A stretch of DNA of 61,933 bases, the filler included. It is 6 parts of 6 records of this genome, joined end to end, with 100 filler letters (N's around TTAATTAATTAA, not from the genome) between each part and the next. Parts side by side here need not be neighbours in the genome. Positions count along the whole stretch, not along the records: positions 48,311 to 61,933 come from DRR723986_6890; 5 more parts are not named here. The stretch is one strand, 5' to 3'. Positions within the stretch are counted from its first letter, which is position 1. The number at the start of each line of letters is the position of its first letter. A program made the position numbers and the translations under genes. Shown in pieces: positions 54,077 to 61,933 of this stretch. The notes below the pieces were generated by a model. That model had not been told where the DNA came from and made no database searches. It worked only from the letters and a program-made list of their open reading frames with translations.

Positions 54077-55173
54077 CCGGCATAACCGTCCAGGACGTTG
54101 TCGACGCTCTTTCCCCGGCTCGGGAAACGCGAAACTGCGATCCGGTGTGCCTCACGGTCGGCGGCCATGTGGTCGAGGTGAGATGCACCTCTTCGGCGCT
54201 TCTGGCCGAATTGCTGCGCTATTTCCAGCATGTGATTTCCGCGCCGAGCGAACCGGACAGGATCGTCCATGTGCTCGGATCCATGGAACTGCCCTTTGAC
54301 CCGGAGTACACCGACTGGGAGCGGGAAACGGGAAAGTCCGGCCGCAAGGATGCGGTCTGCGACCTTGAAAACGGGCGCCTGATCCTGAAGGTCCGCACGG
54401 GTCTGCAGTTCCTGCAATCCCCCGACTGGGCGATCGCCTTTGGCCCTACGGACGATCACCCCAACCAGGTGATCAACTTCATCAACACCCAGTTTCTCAA
54501 TCACTTCCAACGGCAGGGGTGGGTCGCCTGTCATGCAGCGGCTGTCCGCACCCCCAACAGGGGGCTTGCGATATCGGGCCTTTCCGGCGGCGGCAAGTCC
54601 ACCTCGATGTTGCGCCTGATGGAACTCACCGGCACGCAGTATGTCACCAACGACCGCCTTCTCGTGCGCAATGCCGGCAACAGCACCGATGCGCTCGGCA
54701 TTCCGAAACTGCCGCGCATCAACCCGGGCACCATCGTCACCAATGCACGGCTGACCGGTCTTATCGACGAGGAGCGCGAAGAGGAACTGCGCAACCTGGA
54801 ACCGGACGAACTCTGGCACCTGGAAGAAAAATACGACCTCTTCATCGATGACATCTATGGCCCCGGGCGCATTTCCCACGATGCGCGCCTGACAGATTTC
54901 TGGGTGTTGAACTGGTCCCGCGACAGCGCCGACGCGACCGAGGTAAGCAAGACGGATCTGAAGGACCGGCCGGATCTTCTGTCGGCGATCATGAAGAACC
55001 CCGGCCCGTTCTACCAGACACCGCAAGGCCCGTTCTGGCCGATGAAAACACCGCTCGACACAGAGGCCTACCTGGGGGCGCTCGAAGGTGTTCAGGTGTG
55101 GGAAGTGAAGGGACTGATCGATTTCGACGCCCTGTTTGAAGCCGGTGCAGAGCTGCTGGGACAAACGCCATGA
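54073..55173 (+). CDS. HprK-related kinase B (GAK system)
   Basis: KVRTG, NQVINFIN, CHAAAV, Walker A GLSGGGKST, TNDRL, PKLPRINPGT, LW.LEEKYD. Confidence 0.85.
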   Translation: MTGITVQDVVDALSPARETRNCDPVCLTVGGHVVEVRCTSSALLAELLRYFQHVISAPSEPDRIVHVLGSMELPFDPEYTDWERETGKSGRKDAVCDLENGRLILKVRTGLQFLQSPDWAIAFGPTDDHPNQVINFINTQFLNHFQRQGWVACHAAAVRTPNRGLAISGLSGGGKSTSMLRLMELTGTQYVTNDRLLVRNAGNSTDALGIPKLPRINPGTIVTNARLTGLIDEEREEELRNLEPDELWHLEEKYDLFIDDIYGPGRISHDARLTDFWVLNWSRDSADATEVSKTDLKDRPDLLSAIMKNPGPFYQTPQGPFWPMKTPLDTEAYLGALEGVQVWEVKGLIDFDALFEAGAELLGQTP

Positions 55174-55871
55174 CAGACCGCTTCGCCATCCTGGTGCGTC
55201 ATGGCGCTTACAATCAAAAACCGGACACGCCGAGTGCCCTGCAGCCCTATGGCCTGACCGATGCAGGCAAGGTGCAGGCACAAGAACTTGGCGCCGAGAT
55301 TGCAGACATCGCGCGGCAGGAAGGCTTCCGGCTGGCACCGGAGATCTTGTGTTCACGCCAGCTCAGAGCCTGGCAGACGGCAGCGCTTCTTGGCCAGTCG
55401 CTTGGTGAAGTCCTCGGATCGGACTTCACGATCACCGAGGACGAAGCTCTTGCCGAACGCAGTGTCGGTGCCCTTGCCAACCTCACCTTGCGGGAAATCG
55501 AGCAGGTGATAGCAGACGATCCACGCACCGCCCCGCTGCGGGGAGACTGGAAGTCGAACAGCCACCACAGACTGCCGGTTCAGGGCGCTGAGAGCCTGAT
55601 GGAAGCCGGACAGCGGGTGGCTGCGTTCCTGGATCAGAAGATGGCAGATCTGGATGACGAGGCAGGACCCGGTGCCCGGATCTTCGTCGGCCACGGTGCT
55701 TCCATACGACATGCCGCCCATTGCCTGGGTGTGCTGACGTTTGACCAGATCCGCCAGCTCAGCATGCACCACGCGCGCGCCGTCGTCCTGAAACTGGAGA
55801 GCGATGGCACCTGGGTGCACCACCGGGGTGACTGGAAACTGCGACAGCCACTTGAAACCGCAACGGATTGA
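55170..55871 (+). CDS. Histidine phosphatase (phosphoglycerate mutase superfamily)
   Basis: LVRHG, LT..G..QA, RAWQTA, LAER, GAES, VGHG. Confidence 0.88.
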   Translation: MTDRFAILVRHGAYNQKPDTPSALQPYGLTDAGKVQAQELGAEIADIARQEGFRLAPEILCSRQLRAWQTAALLGQSLGEVLGSDFTITEDEALAERSVGALANLTLREIEQVIADDPRTAPLRGDWKSNSHHRLPVQGAESLMEAGQRVAAFLDQKMADLDDEAGPGARIFVGHGASIRHAAHCLGVLTFDQIRQLSMHHARAVVLKLESDGTWVHHRGDWKLRQPLETATD

Positions 55872-57250
55872 ACCGGATTGCTGCCATGATGACCCATCTG
55901 CCACTGACCCCGCTTCTGCCGCCGATGGACCAGGCGGAAGCCATTGATCTCGGCCTGCCCGAAAGCTGTATCCCCTGGCCACTGGCGCCCATCGGGAATC
56001 TGCCCCTCGGCCAGTTCACCACCGAAAGCACCCTTCCCGGTGTTGTCGGCAGCCTTGCCCGGGCAAATGCTCTTGGCCCCTGGGACTGGCCGGAAAAGCC
56101 GGTAATCTTCATTTCCGACCTGCATGCGGATGCGGAAAGCCTGTTGAGATCCCTGACGGCGGCACGGGCAATCCAGCGCAATGGAGATGGTCTGAGCGAC
56201 TTTCACCTGACGCCCTTCGGCCGAAGCTGCCAGTTCATCATCGGTGGCGATTGCCTGGACAAGGGCCCCAGCAATCTGGACCTTCTCGACAGCCTCAGCG
56301 CGCTGCTGAAAACCGGCGCCGATGTCGTCATCCTCGCCGGCAACCACGACCTGCGGCTTTACCTCGGTCTCGAAGCCCTGACGGTCAAGCGCAGCTCGCT
56401 CAACGCCCATATGTTCGTTCGCATGGGCAAGAAGGTGATGCCGCTCTTGAAGGAAGTACACGAGCGGTATGTCGGCAGCTCGGCCGACCTCGCCATGCTG
56501 CCCGACGAGGAAACCTGCCTGTCGCTGATGGTTCCGGGAAAGAAGTGGACCAGACAATTTCCGAAGGCAGCCTCACGCTATCTGAGTGACGCGGCCATCC
56601 GCAAGGAAATGCAGCGGCTTAAGAAGAAGGCGGACAAGTTCGCGGAACACGCCGCCGAAGTCGGCCTTACCATTCGTCAGCTGTATGCTGCCGCGCTCAA
56701 ATGCCGGGAACTCTTCGTTGAACCTGGCGGACGCTACGCCTGGTTCTTTCAAAGTCTCAAGGCCGTGCATCAGAGCGGCTCGCTGCTATTCGTGCATGCC
56801 GGTATCGATGATCACATGGCTGCCCAGATCTCGGCAAAAGGTGTGGCCCACGTCAATCGCCGCTTTCGGAAGGAAAGCCGGAAGGACCCATTCGTGTTCT
56901 ACTCCGGCACCATCGCCAATCTGATGCGCACGAAATACCGGGATGTGGACCATCCCTTGACCGAAACCGGCGTAGACGATCTCCATCTTGCCGGCATCAG
57001 GATGCTGGTACAGGGGCACGTCAACAGGCACAGCGGACAGGAGCTGACGTCCAAGCACGGCCTCTTGCATCTGGAAGCGGACATCACGCTCGACCGGCAT
57101 TCCAGAAGCTCCGAAGGTCTTGAAGGCATCGGCACAGGTGCCACGATCATCTGCCCTGATGGCAACATCGTCGGCATCAGCCGGGATTATCCCCACGCCA
57201 AGCTGTTCAATCCGGCACACATTCTCCAACAACACGGTTTGTCGTCATGA
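55868..57250 (+). CDS. Calcineurin-like metallophosphoesterase
   Basis: SDLHAD, GGDCLDKG, GNHD, FVHAG, QGH; start uncertain (TTG 55868 or a slightly later ATG). Confidence 0.85.
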   Translation: MNRIAAMMTHLPLTPLLPPMDQAEAIDLGLPESCIPWPLAPIGNLPLGQFTTESTLPGVVGSLARANALGPWDWPEKPVIFISDLHADAESLLRSLTAARAIQRNGDGLSDFHLTPFGRSCQFIIGGDCLDKGPSNLDLLDSLSALLKTGADVVILAGNHDLRLYLGLEALTVKRSSLNAHMFVRMGKKVMPLLKEVHERYVGSSADLAMLPDEETCLSLMVPGKKWTRQFPKAASRYLSDAAIRKEMQRLKKKADKFAEHAAEVGLTIRQLYAAALKCRELFVEPGGRYAWFFQSLKAVHQSGSLLFVHAGIDDHMAAQISAKGVAHVNRRFRKESRKDPFVFYSGTIANLMRTKYRDVDHPLTETGVDDLHLAGIRMLVQGHVNRHSGQELTSKHGLLHLEADITLDRHSRSSEGLEGIGTGATIICPDGNIVGISRDYPHAKLFNPAHILQQHGLSS

Positions 57251-57522
57251 TGGAACGCAAGGGCCGTTTCCGGCACCAGTCCCTGCAGGACAGGAAATCG
57301 ATCCAGAAACTGCTCGACGCGGTCAAGCGTGGCATTGCCAAGGGCGAGCTGCAATTCGGTGACGACACTGGTGAGATTACCCTGCACCCGAAAGGTCTGC
57401 TGGCCATCAGGGTGACAGCCACTACGGAAGACGACCAATCCCGACTGGACCTGCGCATCACATGGGCCAACGACGGCCAGGACAAGAAGGACAATGGCAA
57501 GCTGAAGGTAAAGGGCGGATAG
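57247..57522 (+). CDS. Amphi-Trp domain protein (GAK system)
   Basis: F.HQSLQD..SI..LL.A...G...G.L......ITLHP..L...V.A......L.LRITW: amphipathic helix/strands ending in the conserved Trp. Confidence 0.82.
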   Translation: MMERKGRFRHQSLQDRKSIQKLLDAVKRGIAKGELQFGDDTGEITLHPKGLLAIRVTATTEDDQSRLDLRITWANDGQDKKDNGKLKVKGG

Positions 57523-57555
57523 GGCCAAGCCCCGAAAACCGGTTACCCCTTCGCC

Positions 57556-57742
57556 ATCATTCCGGACAAGGAAGGCGCAGCCCCCCGCAGATCCGGAATC
57601 CGGGCATCAGCCGCGCTGAAAGCGCGTCCTCTCATATCCCGACACCTGTGCCTGGCCGGGAGGAGAAATCAGCCTCCCTTGGAGGAAAACAAAGCCCGGT
57701 GTGTACTGGATCCCGGTCCTGGTTGCGCCAAACCGGGATGAC
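57556..57742. repeat. Pair of inverted CGTC-type palindromic intergenic repeats
   Basis: ATCATTCCGGAC...GATCCGGAATCC (57556-57601) and, on the minus strand, GTCATCCCGG...CCGGGATCCAGTA (57742-57704). Confidence 0.65.
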
Positions 57743-57783
57743 AAACATCGGATTGGGAAAGAGCCTTGGGGCCAATGCGGCCC

Positions 57784-58821
57784 TCAGCAGATGCGCGGCA
57801 GTTGCTCGCCCGAGAGCCAGTCGACAACACGGGAGCCGCCGAAGCCGGTCTTCATGACCACCATGCAATCGGCGTCCTCCACGATTTCGCCGATCTTCGC
57901 AGCATTCTGCCCCAGCGGGTGTGCCTTCATGATCTCCAGCAACCGGTCTGCATCAGACGCCTCGCAAATGCAGATCAGCTTGCCTTCATTGGCAACGTAA
58001 AGCGGGTCGAGACCGAGCAGCTCGCAGGCCCCTTCCACGTCCGGGCGAACGGGGATCTCACCCTCGTCGAGCATCACGCCAACCTTCGAAGCATGAGCGA
58101 TTTCGTTCAGCGCAGTTGCCAGTCCACCCCTGGTCGGATCCCGCAGAACCGAAATGCCCGGCACCGCGTCGACCATCGAACCGACGAGGCCATGTAGTGC
58201 TGCACTGTCGGACTGGATTTCGGTTTCGAAGGTCAGGTTTTCCCGTTTCGACAGGATGGCCACACCATGATCGCCAATGGTACCGGACAGAAGAACCGCC
58301 TGACCTGGCTTGGCCGCAGCGGGAGAAATCGAGACGCCTTCCGGCAGAACTCCAACACCGGTCGTTGTGATGAAGACCCCGTCGCCCTTCCCCTTTTCAA
58401 CCACCTTGGTATCGCCGGAAACCACCGGCACTCCGGCTTCACGGGCTGCGCGCGCCATGGATATGACAATGCGTTCCAGATCTGCCAGCGGGAACCCTTC
58501 TTCCAGTATGAAACTTGCTGTGAGGGACACCGGCCTTGCACCAGCCATGGCCACATCGTTCAAGGTACCATGGACCGAAAGCGATCCGATATCGCCACCC
58601 GGAAAGAACAGCGGCGAGATCACATGGGCATCGGTCGACATGACGAGCCGTCCTGGCGGCACTTCGAGCACCGCCGCATCATGGCCCTGGTCCAGGATTG
58701 TATTTTTCAGATGCCGGTGAAACAGGTCCTCGATCAGGACGGCCATGGCCCGGCCGCCGCCGCCATGGGTCATATCGACAGCGCCGGTACGGAATTTTGC
58801 CTGCGGATCGATGCTGGTCAC
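57784..58821 (-). CDS. hypE: Hydrogenase maturation carbamoyl dehydratase
   Basis: HGGGG, STD.HVISPLFFPGGDIG.L.V.GT.ND, GDTKVV, RDPTRGG, ANEGK, GEQLPRIC*. Confidence 0.96.
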   Translation of the reverse strand: MTSIDPQAKFRTGAVDMTHGGGGRAMAVLIEDLFHRHLKNTILDQGHDAAVLEVPPGRLVMSTDAHVISPLFFPGGDIGSLSVHGTLNDVAMAGARPVSLTASFILEEGFPLADLERIVISMARAAREAGVPVVSGDTKVVEKGKGDGVFITTTGVGVLPEGVSISPAAAKPGQAVLLSGTIGDHGVAILSKRENLTFETEIQSDSAALHGLVGSMVDAVPGISVLRDPTRGGLATALNEIAHASKVGVMLDEGEIPVRPDVEGACELLGLDPLYVANEGKLICICEASDADRLLEIMKAHPLGQNAAKIGEIVEDADCMVVMKTGFGGSRVVDWLSGEQLPRIC

Positions 58822-59969
58822 GCCGCAGCTCCCTTGGCGGCGGCAATCGCCTCGCGCTTGCGGCCATAGGTCCAGTATGCGGCGCAGGCACCTTCAGAGG
58901 AAACCATGCAGGCCCCCATCGGATTGTCCGGCGTGCAGACCGTGCCGAACAGCTTGCATTCCGTGGGCTTCTTCACCCCGCGCAGGATCGCCGGACATTC
59001 GCAGGATTTGACTTCGCGCGACTCCTTCGGGCTGAGCGCAAAGCGCACTTCGGCATCGAAGTCGACATAGGCTTCTCGGATTTTCAGGGCACTGTCAGGA
59101 ACATAGCCGAGCCCGCGCCATTCAAAGGTCCGGCGCAACTCCAAAACGTCGTCAACCAGCCTTTGGGCCTTGCGATTGCCTTCCTTCGTGACGACCCGGG
59201 TGTACTGGTTTTCCACTTCATGCCGGCCTTCGTTGATCTGGCGGATCAGCATCAGGGTCGACTGCATCACGTCGAGCGGCTCAAAGCCGGCAATGACGAC
59301 TGGTCTCCTGAAGTCCCGCGCCGCCGGTTGGTACGGCGCCCAGCCGATGACCGAGCTGACGTGAGAAGGCCCGAGGAAACCGTCGATTTTCACCGGCTGC
59401 TCCCCCGGCTCCGCCGGAGCGTTGACGATATGGGCGATGGCAGGCGGTGTCAGAACGTGATTGCAGAAGACGGAGAAATTCTTCAGGCCTTCCGCCTTTG
59501 CCTGCAGGATCGCGACCGCCGTTGGCGGCGTCGTCGTCTCAAAGCCGATGGCGAAAAAGACCACCTGCCGTTGCGGGTTCTCCCGCGCAATCCGCAGGGC
59601 ATCCTGGGTCGAATAGACCATCCGGATATCGGCGCCTTCGGCCTTGGCCCGGATCAGGCACTTCTGCTTGGTGCCCGGCACCCGCATCATGTCGCCATAG
59701 GTGGTCAGGATCACATTCGACTTCAGTGCCAGCTCGATCGCATCATCGAGACGCCGTACCGGCAAGACACAGACCGGGCATCCCGGCCCATGCACATACT
59801 CGACATTTTGCGGAACCAGATCCTGCACTCCGTAACGGAAAATGGCGTGAGTATGCCCACCGCAAAATTCCATCAGATGGTAGCGTCGGTCCGGATCAGC
59901 TTCCTGCCCGATTGCAAGGGCAAGCTTTTGCGCCAGTTTTCCGTCCCGAAATTCCTTGATGTATTTCAT
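58818..59969 (-). CDS. hypD: Hydrogenase formation protein
   Basis: MEFCGGHTH, GPGCPVC, GFETTTP, PSHVS, C.LFG..CTP..P.GACMVSSEGAC. Confidence 0.96.
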   Translation of the reverse strand: MKYIKEFRDGKLAQKLALAIGQEADPDRRYHLMEFCGGHTHAIFRYGVQDLVPQNVEYVHGPGCPVCVLPVRRLDDAIELALKSNVILTTYGDMMRVPGTKQKCLIRAKAEGADIRMVYSTQDALRIARENPQRQVVFFAIGFETTTPPTAVAILQAKAEGLKNFSVFCNHVLTPPAIAHIVNAPAEPGEQPVKIDGFLGPSHVSSVIGWAPYQPAARDFRRPVVIAGFEPLDVMQSTLMLIRQINEGRHEVENQYTRVVTKEGNRKAQRLVDDVLELRRTFEWRGLGYVPDSALKIREAYVDFDAEVRFALSPKESREVKSCECPAILRGVKKPTECKLFGTVCTPDNPMGACMVSSEGACAAYWTYGRKREAIAAAKGAAA

Positions 59970-60235
59970 GCGCCCGTCCCCACCACCGGCTCGCCCGCCA
60001 TCTCCTCCAGCTCCTCGGCAAGAACACCGGCTTCCGCCATAAGCTGAAGGGTCCGTTCGGCTTCCTCCTCGCTGAGCTTGTGCAGGGCATAGCCGACATG
60101 GACGAGCACATAGTCGCCAACGGCAACCTCCTCCAGGAGAGCCGTCGAGACCGGTTTCCGGATCCCTTCCAGAGCGACGGTTGCCATGTCGTCGCTATCG
60201 ACGGAAACCACCCTTGCGGGAATGGCGAGACACAT
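59966..60235 (-). CDS. hypC: Hydrogenase assembly chaperone
   Basis: MCLAIPA...VGDYVLVHVGYA. Confidence 0.96.
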   Translation of the reverse strand: MCLAIPARVVSVDSDDMATVALEGIRKPVSTALLEEVAVGDYVLVHVGYALHKLSEEEAERTLQLMAEAGVLAEELEEMAGEPVVGTGA

Positions 60236-60247
60236 GACGGAGAACTC

Positions 60248-61069
60248 CTATTCCGCAGCAAGACCGCGTGCGTGCGCTGCCTGCATCTTCAAGGCACCGT
60301 CCAGCCAGACTAACCAGCCTTCCAGGCCACCGCCAGTGCGCGCCGACACTTGCAGGACCTGGATCTTGTGATTGACCCGTCGTGCATTCCCGATCGCCGC
60401 GCCGACGCAAAAATCGACATGCGGCAGAAGGTCGGTCTTGTTGAGGATCATCAGGTCGGCGTTGGCGAAGATATCGGGGTATTTCAGCGGCTTGTCCTCG
60501 CCTTCCGTCACCGAAAGGATCACCACCTTGAAGGCTTCGCCGAGATCGAATGCGGCAGGGCAGACCAGGTTGCCGACATTCTCGATGAAAAGCACGCTGC
60601 CTTCGTCCAGCGGCAACTTCTCCAAGGCATGACCGACCATATGTGCATCCAGATGGCACCCCTTGCCGGTGTTGATCTGAATGGCAGGTACTCCCGTTTC
60701 CCGGATCCGCTCGGCATCGTTTGACGTCTGCTGATCGCCTTCGATGACCGCAGCCGGGGTCCTGCCCGCCATCCGCTTCAAGGTTTCGACAAGCAGCGTT
60801 GTCTTCCCGGAGCCGGGGCTTGAGACAAGATTGAGTGCCAGAACGCCTTTTGCGGCCAGCAATGCACGATTGTTGTCCGCATAGGAATTGTTCTTGCCCA
60901 GAATATCGGTTTCGATCTGGATCAGCCGTGCCTGGCTCATGCCCGGAACGGAAACGCCGGCTTCCCCTTCGCCGAAATGGACATGACTTGCGTCATGTGA
61001 ATGGGCGTGTCCATGGTGATGCTCATGGTCATGTTCGTGAGACCCGCTGCAACCGCATACCGTACACAT
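60248..61069 (-). CDS. hypB: Hydrogenase nickel incorporation GTPase
   Basis: MCTVCGC, His-rich tract, [28 protein letters not shown]. Confidence 0.96.
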   Translation of the reverse strand: MCTVCGCSGSHEHDHEHHHGHAHSHDASHVHFGEGEAGVSVPGMSQARLIQIETDILGKNNSYADNNRALLAAKGVLALNLVSSPGSGKTTLLVETLKRMAGRTPAAVIEGDQQTSNDAERIRETGVPAIQINTGKGCHLDAHMVGHALEKLPLDEGSVLFIENVGNLVCPAAFDLGEAFKVVILSVTEGEDKPLKYPDIFANADLMILNKTDLLPHVDFCVGAAIGNARRVNHKIQVLQVSARTGGGLEGWLVWLDGALKMQAAHARGLAAE

Positions 61070-61410
61070 CACACCACCTCCAGTTCCCGGATCTTCAGCT
61101 CTTCCCCACTGACAACCTGCAGGGCTTCCGAACCACATTTCGGGCAGCAATCGAACCGTGCGTTCACCTGCACGGTCTTGAAACAGGAAAGACACAGCGC
61201 GTCGGCTGAAGGCCTGGATATTTCCAGAATGGCGCCTTCGGCGAGTGAACCCCGCATGACAACGTCGAATCCGAATTTCAGCGCCTCTGGTTCGACGCAA
61301 GACAGCGGTCCGATGTCGACCGCGACCCGCTTCACCCGGGTAAAGCTATCCTTCGCCGCCTGATCCTTCAAAATGTCGAGTATGCTCTCGCAAAGTGACA
61401 TTTCATGCAT
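61069..61410 (-). CDS. hypA: Hydrogenase nickel metallochaperone
   Basis: MHEMSL, CLSC, CPKCG, G.EL.I. Confidence 0.96.
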   Translation of the reverse strand: MHEMSLCESILDILKDQAAKDSFTRVKRVAVDIGPLSCVEPEALKFGFDVVMRGSLAEGAILEISRPSADALCLSCFKTVQVNARFDCCPKCGSEALQVVSGEELKIRELEVV

Positions 61411-61861
61411 GGGCTGCCTCCCTCTGCTGATCTGCCTTTTGCAGCCACTCCAGCAAGAAAGCCTCGGCTGCAGCCAGATTGGCAGTTGCCTTGTCGGACA
61501 GCCCTTCCTTTACCTCACCAAATTCATAGCCTGAGATACCAAGCACGAAGGCTTTCGGTCGGGCGCCATAAAGGGTATCGCAAAGCGCCAGAACAGTCTG
61601 CGGAATCAGGCTGTGGCTGCCAAGCACTTCCGGTGCACCCGGCGCGATTTCCCGGAACGAATAAGGTCCCGCGGCACCGATCTCCGCATCAACGAAGATC
61701 ACCACATCGTGCTCTGAGACTGCCAGTGCATGTTCGGCGACGAGCTGATAATCGGTATCGACCTCCAACCCCGACAATCCGCGCGCGGCGATAGCCTCGG
61801 ACAACGCCGGCCCAAGCCCGTCATCGCCCCGCCCGGGATTGCCATATCCGATCAGAAGCAT
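61403..61861 (-). CDS. Hydrogenase maturation protease (HoxW-like)
   Basis: LLIGYGNPGRGDDGLG, YQL..E, IFVDA, SH, F.E..GLS. Confidence 0.88.
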   Translation of the reverse strand: MLLIGYGNPGRGDDGLGPALSEAIAARGLSGLEVDTDYQLVAEHALAVSEHDVVIFVDAEIGAAGPYSFREIAPGAPEVLGSHSLIPQTVLALCDTLYGARPKAFVLGISGYEFGEVKEGLSDKATANLAAAEAFLLEWLQKADQQREAAHA

Positions 61862-61904
61862 GAAGACGTCCTCTTTTCAGAGTTCCTACAAAAACCCTTT
61901 CCAG

Positions 61905-61933
61905 CGTCATCCCGGCCAAGCGCAGCGCGAGCC
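61905..61933 (+). repeat. Start of CGTC-type palindromic repeat, truncated by window end
   Basis: CGTCATCCCGGCCAAGCGCAGCGCGAGCC shares GTCATCCCGG with the copy at 57742-57733. Confidence 0.6.

Overview
This window is not one locus. It is six unrelated contigs joined by artificial 100-nt spacers (44 N + TTAATTAATTAA + 44 N at 9487-9586, 22351-22450, 31988-32087, 39037-39136, 48211-48310). Contigs 1, 2 and 5 are Roseobacter-group-like core genome: ahcY end, tsaD-gpsA-yciI-EVE, hemD-Mic60-hemY, caiD; ilvC end, glmM-folP-folB, a ppdK-like gene, glyS/glyQ; pirin, fosX, a reductive-dehalogenase-family gene, sdaA, rpiA, gor start. Contigs 3 and 4 are eukaryotic. Contig 3 holds a 14-exon gene for a ~2740-aa secreted Cys-repeat protein. 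Contig 4 holds a >2280-aa IPT/TIG-repeat exon with a 7-domain super-repeat. Contig 6 is a second alphaproteobacterial segment (Roseibium/Labrenzia-like by inference). It carries a TRAP/amidohydrolase/RpiR locus, a translationally coupled 7-gene variant of the functionally uncharacterised GAK system (NUDIX, PhoU-kinase fusion, RimK-like ATP-grasp, HprK-related kinase, histidine phosphatase, metallophosphoesterase, amphi-Trp protein), and a hydrogenase maturation operon (protease-hypABCDE, no hypF). Best candidates for new biology are the GAK-variant phosphorylation/ligation module, the coupled rdhA-fosX pair, and a PPDK homologue whose nucleotide site looks degenerate. All family calls come from motif recognition by eye; no database searches were run.
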